A DNA stretch of 55,595 nt, filler included, from Platydemus manokwari (taxonomy: Eukaryota), in assembly GCA_037951405.1 (NCBI GenBank). It is 5 parts of 5 records of this genome, joined end to end, with 100 filler letters (N's around TTAATTAATTAA, not from the genome) between each part and the next. Parts side by side here need not be neighbours in the genome. Positions count along the whole stretch, not along the records: positions 1 to 15,676 come from JBBMOY011258096.1; 4 more parts are not named here. One strand, given 5' to 3'. The notes under the pieces were generated by a model. That model saw only the letters and a list, made by a program, of their open reading frames with translations, did not search any database and was not told the DNA's origin. The position numbers and the translations under genes are program-made. Positions 1-13,700 of this stretch are shown one piece after another; position 1 is the stretch's first letter, and every line of letters begins with the position of its first letter.

Positions 1-437
1 AAATTTTTTTATACATAATATACTACATAAATAAGGCACTTATAATTATTTTCAAAAGATAAGCTTTCAAAAATTAATACAGAGATTTATTAAATTTGTG
101 GCTCTGTAAAAATAATTATACTTATGTGATAATAAAGAAATTTTAAATGATTCTTTCAACATGAAGTGTAGAAAATTTAAAATTTATTTTAATATTAAAT
201 TTTTTTAATTTTAATTTAAAGTTTTTAATTTATTTTTTCATCTATACAATAAATCTTTGATAAATTAATTTACTTATATTTAGTAAAGATCAAATAAAAT
301 TTTCAACAACTCTAATTAAAATTAGGTATTGTTTTAAATATGTTTGCTTTATTGATTTAAAATGAAGTTTTGTTTATATATATTTGATTTTATTTTTGTA
401 TAAATTACTTTTATTATAATATTATTTGATTTTAGAA

Positions 438-3400
438 ATGAAATCTAAACTTCGTCCCAGATGTTTTTTTGATATCGATATAGGACATTCACCAGGTTCA
501 ATTAAACTTTAAATATTTAAACTTATTTATACCTTTGTAGCTGGTAGAATTATATTTGAATTGTACGATGATTTATGCCCTAAAACAACTGAAAATTTTA
601 TTAAGTTATGTACAGGTGAGTTGGATTTACTTGTTTAATATAAATATAAATTACCTAAATGAACAGGAGAGTGTGGTATTGGTGAAAATACCAAAAAGAA
701 ACTTCATTATCTAAATTCAACTTTTCATCGAGTTGTTAAAGGTTTTATGATTCAAGGTGGCGATTTCAGTAATGGTGATGGAACTGGTGGTGAATCAATA
801 TATGGGGGAAGATTCGCTGGTATATTATCGCCATAATTTGATATTTTTAATATTTGAATCTGCTTATAGATGAAAATTTGGAAACACCCCACGATAGGCC
901 TTTTCTTTTGAGTATGGCTAATTGTGGGCCAAATACCAACGGATCACAGTTTTTTATGTTTGTTTCTGAAATTATTGTGAAATATTTTCAATATTTATTC
1001 TTATTATAGAACAACAAAACCAACTGGTCATTTAGATGGAAAGCATGTTGTGTTTGGTCATGTTGTATCAGGTGAAAATTTGATCGAATCCATTGAAAAT
1101 TTACCCGTAAATATAAATAATAAACCGGTGGTTGATGCAACAATATCGAATTGTGGTGAATTGATTCCAAGTATATAAAATCATATTCTCATGGACATAA
1201 AATACTATTAAAATTTTAGTTCGAAAGAAAAAAGCTAAAAAATTGAAAGAAAAAGAAGCCAGTGTTGATTCTTCATCGAGTAAAGGAAAGAAAAAAAAGA
1301 AATCCAAAAAGAAGAAGCATAGAAACAAGAAAAAAACGAAAATAATTAAAGAGGAAGAATCACAGTAAATATATTTCATGAAATCTTCGAGCCAAATGAG
1401 ATAAATATGTATTTTCTGTAGGGAAATTTATCCTAAATGTAGTGTTAGGCCAGATGAAATCCCAGAAGTTCCGAAACTGTATTTTCTTTATCGTGGCAAT
1501 TTGAAAGACGAGCAGTGAGTCGAATATGGCATTTGTTGTTTATCCAATATCATTATTATTTTCAGTCCATAATTATTGTGTCATGTCTTAATTTTTTATT
1601 TTTTCAGAACATCATTCAATAAAACTGAGTTGATTTTCTTTCTTTTATTTTTTCTGGACGAAAAAACAAATAATCATAATAAATTGCAAAACAAATTTTT
1701 TTAACCTTTTGATAAAGTTTTGTACGCAAAAATGAGATTAATGATTTTGTTTTTGTGTAAATTATATATGTTTTGACGTTTTATACATTGATTTAGTCGA
1801 TCCTTCGTCAACTATGAATAAAAAAATCATGTCAATCATGTTCAGGTAGGGATATTTCAATAGTTGACGACTATTCTATGAACTATTCTAATATGAATGA
1901 TACTTTAATAATTCTCTCGATTTATATATATATGTATATTTACATATTATTATTCTATTTTTTTGTAATTTTTTGCTATTTTTTGTAATTTTTTTCTTGT
2001 AGGGATAAAACCGATTTGAAACCAGATAATGAAATAACGGAATCAACTCAATATCCATCCAAGGATATTATTGGTCGATCAGGACGAGTTATCAAGGGTC
2101 GAGGACAGCTTGTATGAGTTTCGATTTGTTGATGATGAAATTATCATATTATCAGAGATATTTTTCCAAATCACCTCGTGATCGATTGGAAACACCACCA
2201 CACTGGAGAAAAGAATCCCAAAAATCTGAAATCAATAATAAAACCGAAGAATCCACGTATCGGACGAAACGACGGAAAAGTCCATCGAATAATTCCAACA
2301 AAGATGGTCAAAGATATCGACGATCTCAACGTGACAAATCCAGTCCTCGTTCCAATGCTGTCAATGTCAGAAAAAGTTACGAAACGAGTCGTGGCGGTGA
2401 GAAACGTCGCAAATATGATGTGTGGAAAGATGCCGGTGGTGGCGGCGGCGGTGGTGATGATGTTGTTGATAAACCGTCCAGACGACATCAGAAATGTCGA
2501 GATGATTTGAAAGATTATGGTGATATTGATTATGTTATCGATTATTCACAAGATAAATCAGCTGATCACAAAGATAATAATAATGTCAAGAAACGATCGA
2601 ATAGTTTGGAAAATATTAAATCGACAGATCTTGATCAAACATATTCTATTAATTATAAATCATCCAAATCCAAACATACAGTTTCGAATGAAAAGTAAAT
2701 TATAAATTTTTAATTAGTTATATTGAAATAATATTTCATATATATAATTATATATTAAGTTATTATAATGTGATAAATGGGATATACATGATATATACAC
2801 ACATATGTCAGAATCATAAAATGGAAATAAATTACAAAAAATCGATTTGCCAGTCGGTGTGTGTTCCTCAATGGAAGTAAAATGTGGGAAAAAATCCAAA
2901 CACACCTGATTGATCCAGAAATTGGACAGTGATGACTGTAAAATTGGAGGGGAATGTCCAGATCAAAGATAATGAGATATACACACAGAAATATCCCATA
3001 AATCATTATTAGCTAGTTATGTACATATATTAGCTTGTTTTGGATTGCTATCATTTATAGCAATTTATTCATCATATTATATCATTATATCCATCATTTA
3101 TATTATTATATCCACCATCTATATCATTATATCCACCATCTATATCATTATATCCATCGTTTATATCATTATATCCATCGTTTATATCATTATATCCATC
3201 GTTTATATCATTATATCTATCATTTATATCATTATATCTATCATTTATATCTATCATTTATATCATTATATCCATCATTTATATCATTATATCTATCATT
3301 TATATCATTATATCCATCATTTATATCATTATATCCATCATTTATATCATTATATCCATCATGTTATCTCTATCAATTTTTATCAATTTCTGCTGTTTTT

Positions 3401-5471
3401 AAACAGGAAACCATGTATTGTATATTGGGAAAGATTGATTTTGAAATCAGATTTAAAATAATCCATATTAAAGATATATTAATCGATTATTAACTAATAT
3501 ATTGATTATTTATTTATTGATAGATCGGATAAAACTGGTAGATTTGAATCCAATACAATAATTTTCCCTTATGGTGATGAATCAGATGATTCAGTAAAAC
3601 ATAAAAGATCAGACAAAGTTAGCGATTCCAAATCTCGCCCGATTCAAAATAATGAACAAAAAGATAAAATTATTGATAATGTTTGTTAAAATATAAATGT
3701 ATTATCATAATAATTATTATTTTATGATATTAATATAGAAACCTATTCGAACTGATCATCATGAAAAACCAAAACGAGACGATCATCAACCTGTGGCGAG
3801 AAAGAGGAGCGAATCATCAGATCGTAAGAAATCCAAATCACCTGTCGATGTCAAAGCTCATACTTATAGTCCACCTGCTCATTTGGTAGCCAAGTATGTT
3901 GGATTGAATTGATAATGAATCTGTTGATTAATATGATATCTCAACAGATGGCAAAATAGACGAGATAAAATCATGACTCGTCGATCGCCTTTGTCACGAT
4001 CTAAGGATAGAAATCATTCAAGATCACGCCATTCACCACGAAAATATTCTCCAAGGTAAATGAGAAATGAAAACAAAACCATTTGATAAATAAATCACCA
4101 TCATATTCATTTATAGATATTCAAGATCTCCTAAGAGTGATTTGATATCTGTTGAAAATAAAGCAAGAGATGTGAGTGATAAAGATCATAAAATATCTAA
4201 GAATGTATCTAAAGATGACAAAAGCAGTTCTGGAACAATGGATTCATCCCCATCAAGTGCTGGTTCATCTGTGTAAGTTTGTACATCAAGACGATTTAAA
4301 CGTCGACATTTTTTTTATTGATTTGATTCTGTTTTCTTTTTCAATATTTAATGTTTATTGCCATGATAACGAAACGCTTTGCAGATCTAATAGACCATGT
4401 AGAATTGATTCTGAATTGTCTGACACAGAAAAAACTGTTAACACTCAGTGTTGGTAAGTTAGATTGACTAAGGAAATCAATTATATATCATTTTCTTTTG
4501 CTATCAATATATTGGTGGATTAATGTTTTATGATGTTTATAAACATTTCAGGATCAATGATTCCACTGATAATCATCAAATCGATTCACAAAAGTTAGAT
4601 TTCTTTCTTATTTTTCCTTATTTTTTGTTATTTTTTTATTAGAGACAAGAAAACCGATGTCAATTTGAATAATGTTAGTCAATATCTTCAAATGTTTTGC
4701 CCTATCGTTTCATTTCCATTTTTAAATATAACCATTGTATTATTGATATAGGTTGATAAATTAAAGGAGAATATTGAAACGAAAATCCCAGAAGATAACA
4801 ATGAAAAAGAAGCTCTTATGGTTTTGAAAACTCCCGACAAACCTTGGCTTACGAGCCAATGGAAAACCGAAGAAGAAGAAGCAGCAGCCGCTAATAAACG
4901 AAACAATAAAAATAACACATCCAATTCGGTATTGGCTAAATTACGAGAGGATGATCAAAAGAAAAAATCCCAAGAAAAAAGTGAAAAACCAACGATTGCT
5001 GCTGCTGCTACATCAACAGATAAAAAAATCCCGAGTCCTATTTCTCAAAGCATTTCAAAATATCGCAGTCCTAGCGGAACTAAATCCTCTGATGATAACG
5101 CTCGATCATCTTATTCTTCCAGTTCTTCATCTAGATCTCGTAGTAGGCGACGATCAACCCGTCGACGTTCCAGAACTCGATCTAGATCTGGTTATAGGCG
5201 ACGATATAGAAATTCACGCTATCGTAGAACGCCAAGACGATCTACCAGTAGATCTGTTCGAAGGTATCGATCGCGATCTAGATCATATTCTCGTAGTTCA
5301 AGGTTGGGCTAGCATTGATATTTTAATCTATTGTATTATTTCCTTAGGAAAAGATATAGTTCAAGGTCGAGCTCTTCATCACGAAGTTCACGTTACCGTC
5401 GCTCATCGAGACGTAATTATCGTGGTTTAGGATTCCGTAGACCATCTGTGAGTCCTAGACCGAGAAAATGA
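438..5471 (+). CDS. PPIG: Peptidyl-prolyl isomerase G-like (SR-cyclophilin / moca-cyp family), multi-exon
   Basis: Hand-spliced exons 438-495, 541-615, 667-819, 870-957 and 1010-1170 give a full cyclophilin domain ([11 protein letters not shown]...[22 protein letters not shown]...[26 protein letters not shown]...[19 protein letters not shown]...[10 protein letters not shown]). Then a K-rich exon 1220-1364, moca-like '[12 protein letters not shown]' (1422-1514), 'SGRVIKGRG' (2003-2111) and 'ETPPHWR' (2156-2694). Small exons follow at ~3524-4673, then an RS-rich exon 4752-5302 and a last exon 5348-5471 (TGA), with AATAAA at 5493. All introns checked are GT-AG. Middle exon boundaries are approximate. 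Confidence 0.93.
3066..3365. repeat. Intronic 21-bp minisatellite (consensus ~TATATCATTATATCCATCATT, ~14 units)
   Basis: Directly visible tandem array inside PPIG intron 2695-3523. It explains the spurious HHLYHYI, IYIIIS and DINDGYN ORFs. Confidence 0.95.
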
Positions 5472-5492
5472 AACTTTGTTACTATTGCAGTT

Positions 5493-5498
5493 AATAAA
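5493..5498 (+). promoter_or_regulatory. Polyadenylation signal of the PPIG-like gene
   Basis: AATAAA begins 22 nt after the last base of the TGA stop (5469-5471). Confidence 0.6.
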
Positions 5499-6934
5499 TT
5501 AGTTTTGTATTCAAATCGTTAATTGCGTGTACATTTTTGAAATTGATTTTTATTGATTTGGTAATAACGATTGTTTAAATTATTAACCAACGAAGAAATA
5601 ATTTGTTGAATTTTTCAAATGATTTTCTTAATTTCGAAAAGTTTAAAGTTGTTTTTAGAAATTTAAGTATTTTAAGAAATACGATATTTACAAATTCTTC
5701 GATAATGTCGGAAATAATATAGTCTGCAATATTGAGACTTAAGAAAATTTTAATCTCGAGAATAATAGCGTGTATAATTAAAATCGATGAAATACGATAT
5801 GGAGTATTTTCTGAAAATAATCAAAACTGGTTCTCCTTCATTTAGAGCATAAATTTTTTAAAACATTGTTATGGTTTATGAAATTTAGTGTTTTACACAA
5901 ATATCTACGAAATTCTAACATTTGTATATATTTGGTCAATTTATTTTTCAGTTCAAGTCAATCATTACAATTTCTAATTCGAATGAAATTTAAGAATAGT
6001 TTTAAAAAACATGCAACAATGAATTACATGAAAAATTTAACGCGATTAAAATAAAATTTAAGACTTATCTATAATCCATCTCAATCAACACAATGGGTAA
6101 AAACAAGAAATATATTCAGTTTTTTTATTAAACCTAAATAATAATTTCTCTGCTTTGTACATTTTAGAATTTCTAGGTGCTAGATTACAATTAATAATAA
6201 TACATTTCGATACATTCCATTCCAGGACTTAATTTGCAAACAGTTCATTATAAGCAATATTACTGAAAATTTTATCAAGAGAATAGCGAGGATTGTAATG
6301 CCTATAGCCTATTCATAAAGAGTCTGAAGACTAATTTTGACATCACAAATGTCTAACAATCCAATAGAGAGGAACTGTACGCAGACCCTGAGGGTAATTG
6401 GCAGCAATCACAGGACCAGCTTAGCATTGAGCAGTTCAGATAGATACAAGATTATCGGCTTATTTGTAAGAATAATTGAAAGAAGAATATTTGGGCACAA
6501 ACATTAATGATCAATACTGTACAGTAACAGACATTTATTTATTGATCGCGATTATTTATTATTCATTTTAATCTTTTGTGTTTGTAGAATCGTATAGGCG
6601 ACTTTATGAGACATTAATGTTGTTGCATTTATTCGTTGATGATAAACATTCACACGAGATTCAAATGATACATAATAATCAATCTCTTATAAAATAAATT
6701 CATAAAATGATAATGAAAATATATTTTGCAAAATATCGATAAATATTACAGAATAAAATAATATTTATTTTAATAAATCGAATAATTACATCATAGATGA
6801 TACAGGGTTGTAATAAAAATCATAGTGGCTTCATTGAAGAATCTGATATTGGTAATTAAAATCAATCGTGTATTTAGACATCGATAATTAAATCGTATGG
6901 AAATCACCCATCGATTATGGGATTGATTTTTTAA

Positions 6935-7760
6935 TTATTCTGAGATAAAATGAACGGAATGAAATCTCATTACAACTAACGCAACATAAATCAAATCAGA
7001 TTTAACGATGCATATCGGAAAAAGAAATTGATGGAATTTGTGGCACAAAATTACCAACAAATTCAAATATATCATCCAGGGCATTCGGAAGGCAGAGAAC
7101 AAAAATTGAAGTACAAACTGTGAAAAGTCATAATTGTAACTTCCAGTAAAACCCATCATCGAGAATATCTTGTTGTGAGAAATTGTTATTGGAACCATTA
7201 TGAGTTACTGAGATCTAGAATGAACAATCCAATCAAGTTACAAGTTGAATAATATTGGGTAATTATAAACTGAAGGATCTTCATTAGATTTAAAAGTTCC
7301 ATAAAATAAAATCAATATCTTTAAACTAAAATCAGGCACTCGGGTTCTCTACGAGTTTATCGTTTGGTTCGTTGCTTCATTAAAGCTTGACCATCATTGC
7401 GATATTGTGTGAAAAAATCAAAGGAATTAATCGAAAACACGTATGGAGTTGTCTTTCATATTCAGTACCTAAATTCAAAAAGTTTGTTCTAAATTTGTGA
7501 ATCTCGTGATAAAATTTATAATAAAAATATTTTGTTTTAATCAATCGTTTATAATTTATTTACCCTTTGATATATTTGAGTTACAATTTATAAATTGTTG
7601 CACCAAACATTGAGTTGACTATTTACCCAAGTAAATATGGCATGGAACTTGTCTAATGTACCTATCAGACTGATGCTCAATATAATAACCTTGAAAACCA
7701 AATCGCTAAGTTTATAAATCGAACTTAGGTTGTTGAATGTTTTAGTAGTATCTAACAACT
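6935..7760 (-). pseudogene. Probable rhodopsin-like (class A) GPCR pseudogene, TM4-TM7 fragments
   Basis: Minus-strand translation across stops and frameshifts gives TM5-like 'PYVF/RLIPLI..NIAMMVKL', TM6-like 'LQL*LFTVCTSIFVLCLPNALDDIFEFVG' and TM7-like 'IVKSDLIYVALVVMRF'. An upstream hydrophobic block 'LVFKVIILSISLIG' and 'NVWC' are also present. Motif recognition by eye only. Confidence 0.5.
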
Positions 7761-10700
7761 TATTTTTTCATCTCTGATTTATAAAATAATGCATTACGCT
7801 TTGGGGTTTTTGAATTATTGATTTTATTGTCATTATTTTGTTGATCACTAGTGTGTTTTGATCAGTCTATCGAGTCCATTTAACCCTCAGATAGGAATTA
7901 GACCTCAATTTAATGTTCTTTTTTTCGCCTCAACTTTCACAACTGATATGGAGATAAGTGGAGATTTTTATTAACTTAAATCTTATCAATGGCTTGTTAC
8001 TGTGATTCCTATTCTTTTAGCAGTCTCTTTTATTTCAAATTTATTCCAAAATACTCCCAAAAAGTGATGCATGACAGTGAAATGTTTATTTATGAATGAA
8101 TTGAGTTAAAGATTACAATTTCAATACTTTTACACACTAAAATGATTTTGGTTCTACAATTGCAGATTATCGACCAACAAGCCCCTTCATGATATTAAGA
8201 AAGTGTCTTGTCAAGAAATTTTTTGAGCTTTCGCTTTATAAATATGAAGAATATGCGCTATTGTATATTTAAAATGTATTATCCTGCTGTTTGTATCAAT
8301 AGAATAACAATAATAATAACCACAATGAAAACATTATCTAAGAATAAATCAAGCCGGTTAAATAAATAATAAAATTATATCAGATATTTTCGTATAAAAT
8401 CACTCAAAGGCCTATATTCTGTGAACAAAAACTGTCATTGTTATCACCTAACCGCCGAATAACAGCCACATTTACAAATAGGAAGCCTTATGTGATCGAT
8501 TTAAATATAGATCACTCAACCATTGACAAATCTTAATAAAATAAAATTTACTTTGTCGCATCATGGGAAATTCAAATGGGATTGATTGTGAAATTCGAAT
8601 AAATTGCAGTCATGAAATATTGTCTGATATGAATCGCTTTCAAGCCAAATTATCTATTTAAAAACAGTTATTTAAATTGATTAATATCTTTCGATATTGA
8701 TTTATAAAACTTTATAGATCTCACAAAATCGTTCAATATTATAAAAATAAAGACAGATCAAGTTGAGAGTATTTATAAATTTAAACACCATATGGAACTA
8801 CAAAACCAATAACACTATAAACAATCAATAAATTTAAAACAATAGGAATGTATAACCGAGATTTATAATCGAAATGAAATTCGGACTGCACCCATTAGAT
8901 TTTGATCATAAAATGAAAATTGTTACTGACGGAATGTTATAATAACGGATAATTTTGTAAAATTTAATTTTTGGAATGGTTTTATTAATGTTTCTCTCTC
9001 TAATTAGCAGAAATATTTGGTCAAATTGGTTAACATAATTATGGGTAACTTAATTTCTAACCTAATTTCTAACCTAATTTCTGACATAATTAATTTTTCT
9101 CTCAGTAAACTCGACGATTTGATAATTATTGGTTTGTCAAATATTGATTTATATTTTATTGAGATTTTGATTTTCGTAATATAATTGCATCCATGTCCAC
9201 CTGTAATACGCGCACATTTATGTACCAATTTTTAGATCATTAATTGGCCGTTTGTCTACTCATAAATAATTTTATACATTTTACATTTAGTTTATCGATA
9301 ATAATCGGAAATAAATTATTTTATCTCATTTTTAATGAAACCCATTGATTACATAAGATCGTTGTCAAATCTAATGGTTTGGGATCCAGTCTCAACGAAC
9401 AACAGTAGAACCTAAAAAGAACAATATCAATTTCATATCGATGTCTCTTATTAATATGTGTAGAAATCGAAACCTAAATTATTCCGATCTCAAAAATCCA
9501 AGTCTGAACTATCATTTTGTGTAGAAATTGAATTATATTAATCTCAATTCCATCTTCGAGAAATAAATTTAATATCAATATCATCTCAACATCAATCTTA
9601 ACATTGAAACACAAAAAATAATGATTTTTAACAGTCGTCTTTCATTCAATATTTATTGGTGCAATAATTATTTATGCTTGTCGATACATTGAAGTATCTC
9701 TATTAGTTTGTATATTTCTTTGATCTGAGAAACAGTCACGAATGTAAAATAATGATAATATCAGTTGGAGAAAAGTGGAAGAGATTGTAATCGATAAGTA
9801 TTTGATAACAAATTAAATAAATAATTAAGGAAATAAATAAAGTAGCAGTTAAAAAATTTATTAATGAAAAAAAAATTGTTTTAAATAAGAAGATATCGAT
9901 TAAGGTGAAAATAATAAATGTAGAAAAATTAGTATATCTAAGTAAACCTCTAAGGGCTAAAATGATAAAAGGTGTCGACTGCTAGCATCATCAAATTTTT
10001 TCGATATATATAGAAAAGAAAATATGGTAAGAAACGCATAAACCCAAGGAGAATACAAAAAGTTTTGCAATTGTAACTTTGACGATAGTTTCAGTTCCAG
10101 CTGATCGATAACGTTTTCGTACGATTTAAATTTTCTACAATCGAAGCATAGAAGATATAATTGTGCCAACAAATTTTGCAAGTTGTTGAAAAATATGGCC
10201 ATAAGCCTGTCAAATTTATCGACTTTATGACCAATTATTTAGTGTATACAATTGCTTACATGAAAGGAGATTTTGCGAGAAACGCATAATCCAATTGATC
10301 GGTGTCATATTGTCAAGTGAATTGTAATGAAGGATGATGCACTTTCAGAAGTGTGAGGACTATTTATGGACTACATCTGGACAGTTTCGGTATATCACAA
10401 AAAACAAACGAAGTAATCAGTTAATTTCCATTTTATTTGTGAAATTTGGTAAGAAAAGTTTTCGAATCAGTACATACAAAGGTGTCCACAATCTTTAGCT
10501 TGATGGATTCCGTAAAATCATTATGAGTTTACAAAAAGCAAAAAATATCAAAAGGAATTCAACTTCAATCTATGGACGATCAACACTATGGAAACGGTTT
10601 CATCTTTAAACGGTGACGCTCAAAAACGACGAAGACATTTTAAAACTCATTAAGATCACTGGCAAGCAATTAGCCCAACAGCATCACAAGCATGTTCCAA

Positions 10701-13700
10701 AAATAGACAGTGATAATAAAAATGAACAGTGATTAATTGAGGCTAGAAAAGAAACACTAGAAGCATTTATGGGATAAATGACAAACCAAACCGATAAAAA
10801 TAATATAAAATTTTATTGATATTCAGGGTTAATATCGTGAAAATTATGTCATGAATTGTAGGATTTTATGCATTGTCATGCAGCGCATTATGTTGCAATT
10901 CAATATGATTTTGAGAAAAAATGGTTATTGGATAAAATGTTATAAATGGGACAAAAGTTACATGTCACATAAATAGGTATATGTTGTAATTATTACCGGT
11001 TACATTCTAATGTTTTAATTGGTACGCTATAATGGTTATTGGATAACATATTTAGAGCTCCAGATTTACTTCTTAACATTTTGATGGTGCTGTAATTAAT
11101 TCGAAAATAATAATATAATTATGATGAAATATTCCTCAGATGTCTAATGAAAGTGTAGCTGTACAGTGTTGATTGATCAGTAACTGATAACCGATAATAA
11201 ATATTAATCGATAGAAATGAAATATCGTGATCTAATTTAAGTGTGATGGTTTATGTGTTATATGACACCAAAATTTTGAGACTTCAGAAATTAGGTAGCA
11301 TATACTATAGAAAGAAAATAGTCATCTTTGGGGATCTACAGAAACATAAATCATAATCTGAACAATAATTCCTTCAATGAAAATTTTGATAATTTTTATA
11401 ACACTTTCCGTTTTCAATTTTAGTAATTAACTTTTTCTTTTCACTTCATATCAAGGTACTTTCTAAAACCGTAAATTCTCAGAGTTTTCTTGTTACTTTT
11501 CTGTATCGTAATATGTAATTCTCAAAACAACGTATAGTGAGTGTGCAACAAAACTAAAGCAAGACAATTGCGAAAAACAATCAAAAGATTCGATACACAC
11601 AGACTCGATTGACCCATGTACCAATAACCAATCAAATGTCGCCAAAATACCAATCCATAAACAAATTCCGATTATCAATTGGCGTACGTCAACAACAAGC
11701 AACAGACACTAAGATAAGCCAATGGTTTCCTATTATAGGTGTGCATTAAGTGTATGAAACAAGCTAATTAAAAAAATAAAATTATTGTTTTAATTATTAA
11801 TTGATTGGACAAACTCCTGGCATCTATTAAAAATGTTATTATTATTTCAGCTATAAAAATTGTAAAAATTTACAATACATCTATGGTTATCGTTTAATGT
11901 TAAAAGAAAGAGTCATCGATTATTTTAAGTATCATGAAATTTGAGGTGTCTTGACTTTTTAGTTATTTTTTAATGTGTGGTTGTTACAATAGTAGCGACA
12001 AACAATGAATAAAACTTATTAAATTATTTAGATTTCTGCAATACACCGAGCAAATAAAAAATGATATATGGCACGGTGTGGGTGCAGGTGAGAACTTACT
12101 ATAACCTCAAGAGATTGAATAAACAAAATATATCAATAAATCAAGCAACAGATTCATCCGAGAAATAATCTGTTAATGATAAATTTTCCCTTATAAATCT
12201 GTGCAAAATTATGTGAAGATTTTTCAACAAAGCATTAAAATATGAAAATTAATTTCTTCTTTTTTCCACGAAAATATCGATTGCTTTCCTTTGAAGATCC
12301 ATTAATGATGCCATTATATTCATTAAAATAAAAATGTTATTTATTTTATAAAAAATAAAATTTAAAAATTTGATTTTCATAAAATAAGGAAAAAAATAAA
12401 TTATATCAAATAAAAACAAAAAAATAAATAAAACGAAACAACCAAATCGAAAAGGAATTGGGCATGACCGATTTGCCAGATGAAGCGCCAAATTATTAAA
12501 TAAAAGTTTTATTTTTAATTAAAACAAAAATGTTCCAGCAAGCAAGGACATGCTCATTGGGATAGATTACCGAAATGAAGTATAAATGAAAACAAATAGA
12601 CAGTTTAGCCATTGACACGGAAACTGATCAAAGAATCTATAATTGATCAAAATGTTCTGAAATAACAAAAAAATTGAAGTAAAATTTTAATGAGAAATCT
12701 TGATAAACAAGTTTCAGAAATGCCACAAATAGCACGGATTTATTACAATATTTATTTTGGTTTCTCTGTTTTTTTAAAAATAAAAATAATGAAAAAATAT
12801 AAAGTCATATCGATTGACAAATCTTTAGAACACCTTGCTGATAGATTTGTTCAGTGATTATGAATATTATTGATTCATTTAGAAGTTACCGGCAAAATTA
12901 GACTTTGAAATCAATCTAAAATCAAATTATAACAGTGAACCCGATCTATGATCCATGACTACAGAGATAGACTTGCTTATTGTAACGAAATTTTAATTTT
13001 AGAATCTAATGTTGAGAGATAAGCTTCTCGTTCCTGAAATGATAAATTTACTAATTGATATATAAGTTATTTGATATGCATTGAAATCATCACAGTACTT
13101 CGGGAAAAAGAATAAAATAATTTTAATTTTAATAATGACTTTCCATTGGTTCGATATCAAAAAGTAATTTTTATCACTTTGATCTGGATAATCTGACTTG
13201 AATAATAACTCCTTCAATTGAATTCTCTTTCTATTTTATTCATTTATAATTAAAAGATCGATACACACAAACTACACCTCTTGTTACAGAAATAGGTTGG
13301 ATTATTAATCGATAAATTGATATTATCAAAATCTAAACTGCTCTACATTTTCAGTCCAATTTAGCATCATACAAACATTTTGTTTTATTGCATCAAATCG
13401 AACCACATTCAACATGAGTTAGAAATCATAAGTAAGGGTATGTTTGATCACCAAGCGAAGCATTTTGACGAGAAAAAAATTAAAAAAAAATGAGAAAAAA
13501 CATTTTGATGGTAACAGAAGCGTTGGGTAAATCACTAATCAATCAAAAGGGTCACAAGAACAAAGGAAAAAACCATAAACACAGATCCCATTAAACACGC
13601 GTGCCATTAACCAATCAGACTCATTTTAATATTAATCTATACTTAGAAGCTAAGAATCGACAAGCACATATCTACAAAGGGTACGAAGCTTTAATATCTG

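Noticed and set aside
3035-3493. His/Tyr-rich repeat protein ORFs
   Set aside because: By-products of the intronic 21-bp minisatellite.
4951-5430. 159-aa overlapping ORF (also 2171-2510 and the antisense ORFs in the Ig and CBP exons)
   Set aside because: Alternate-frame or antisense shadows of real exons.
9045-9090. 12-bp tandem CTAATTTCTAAC x3
   Set aside because: Simple local slippage repeat with no supporting context.
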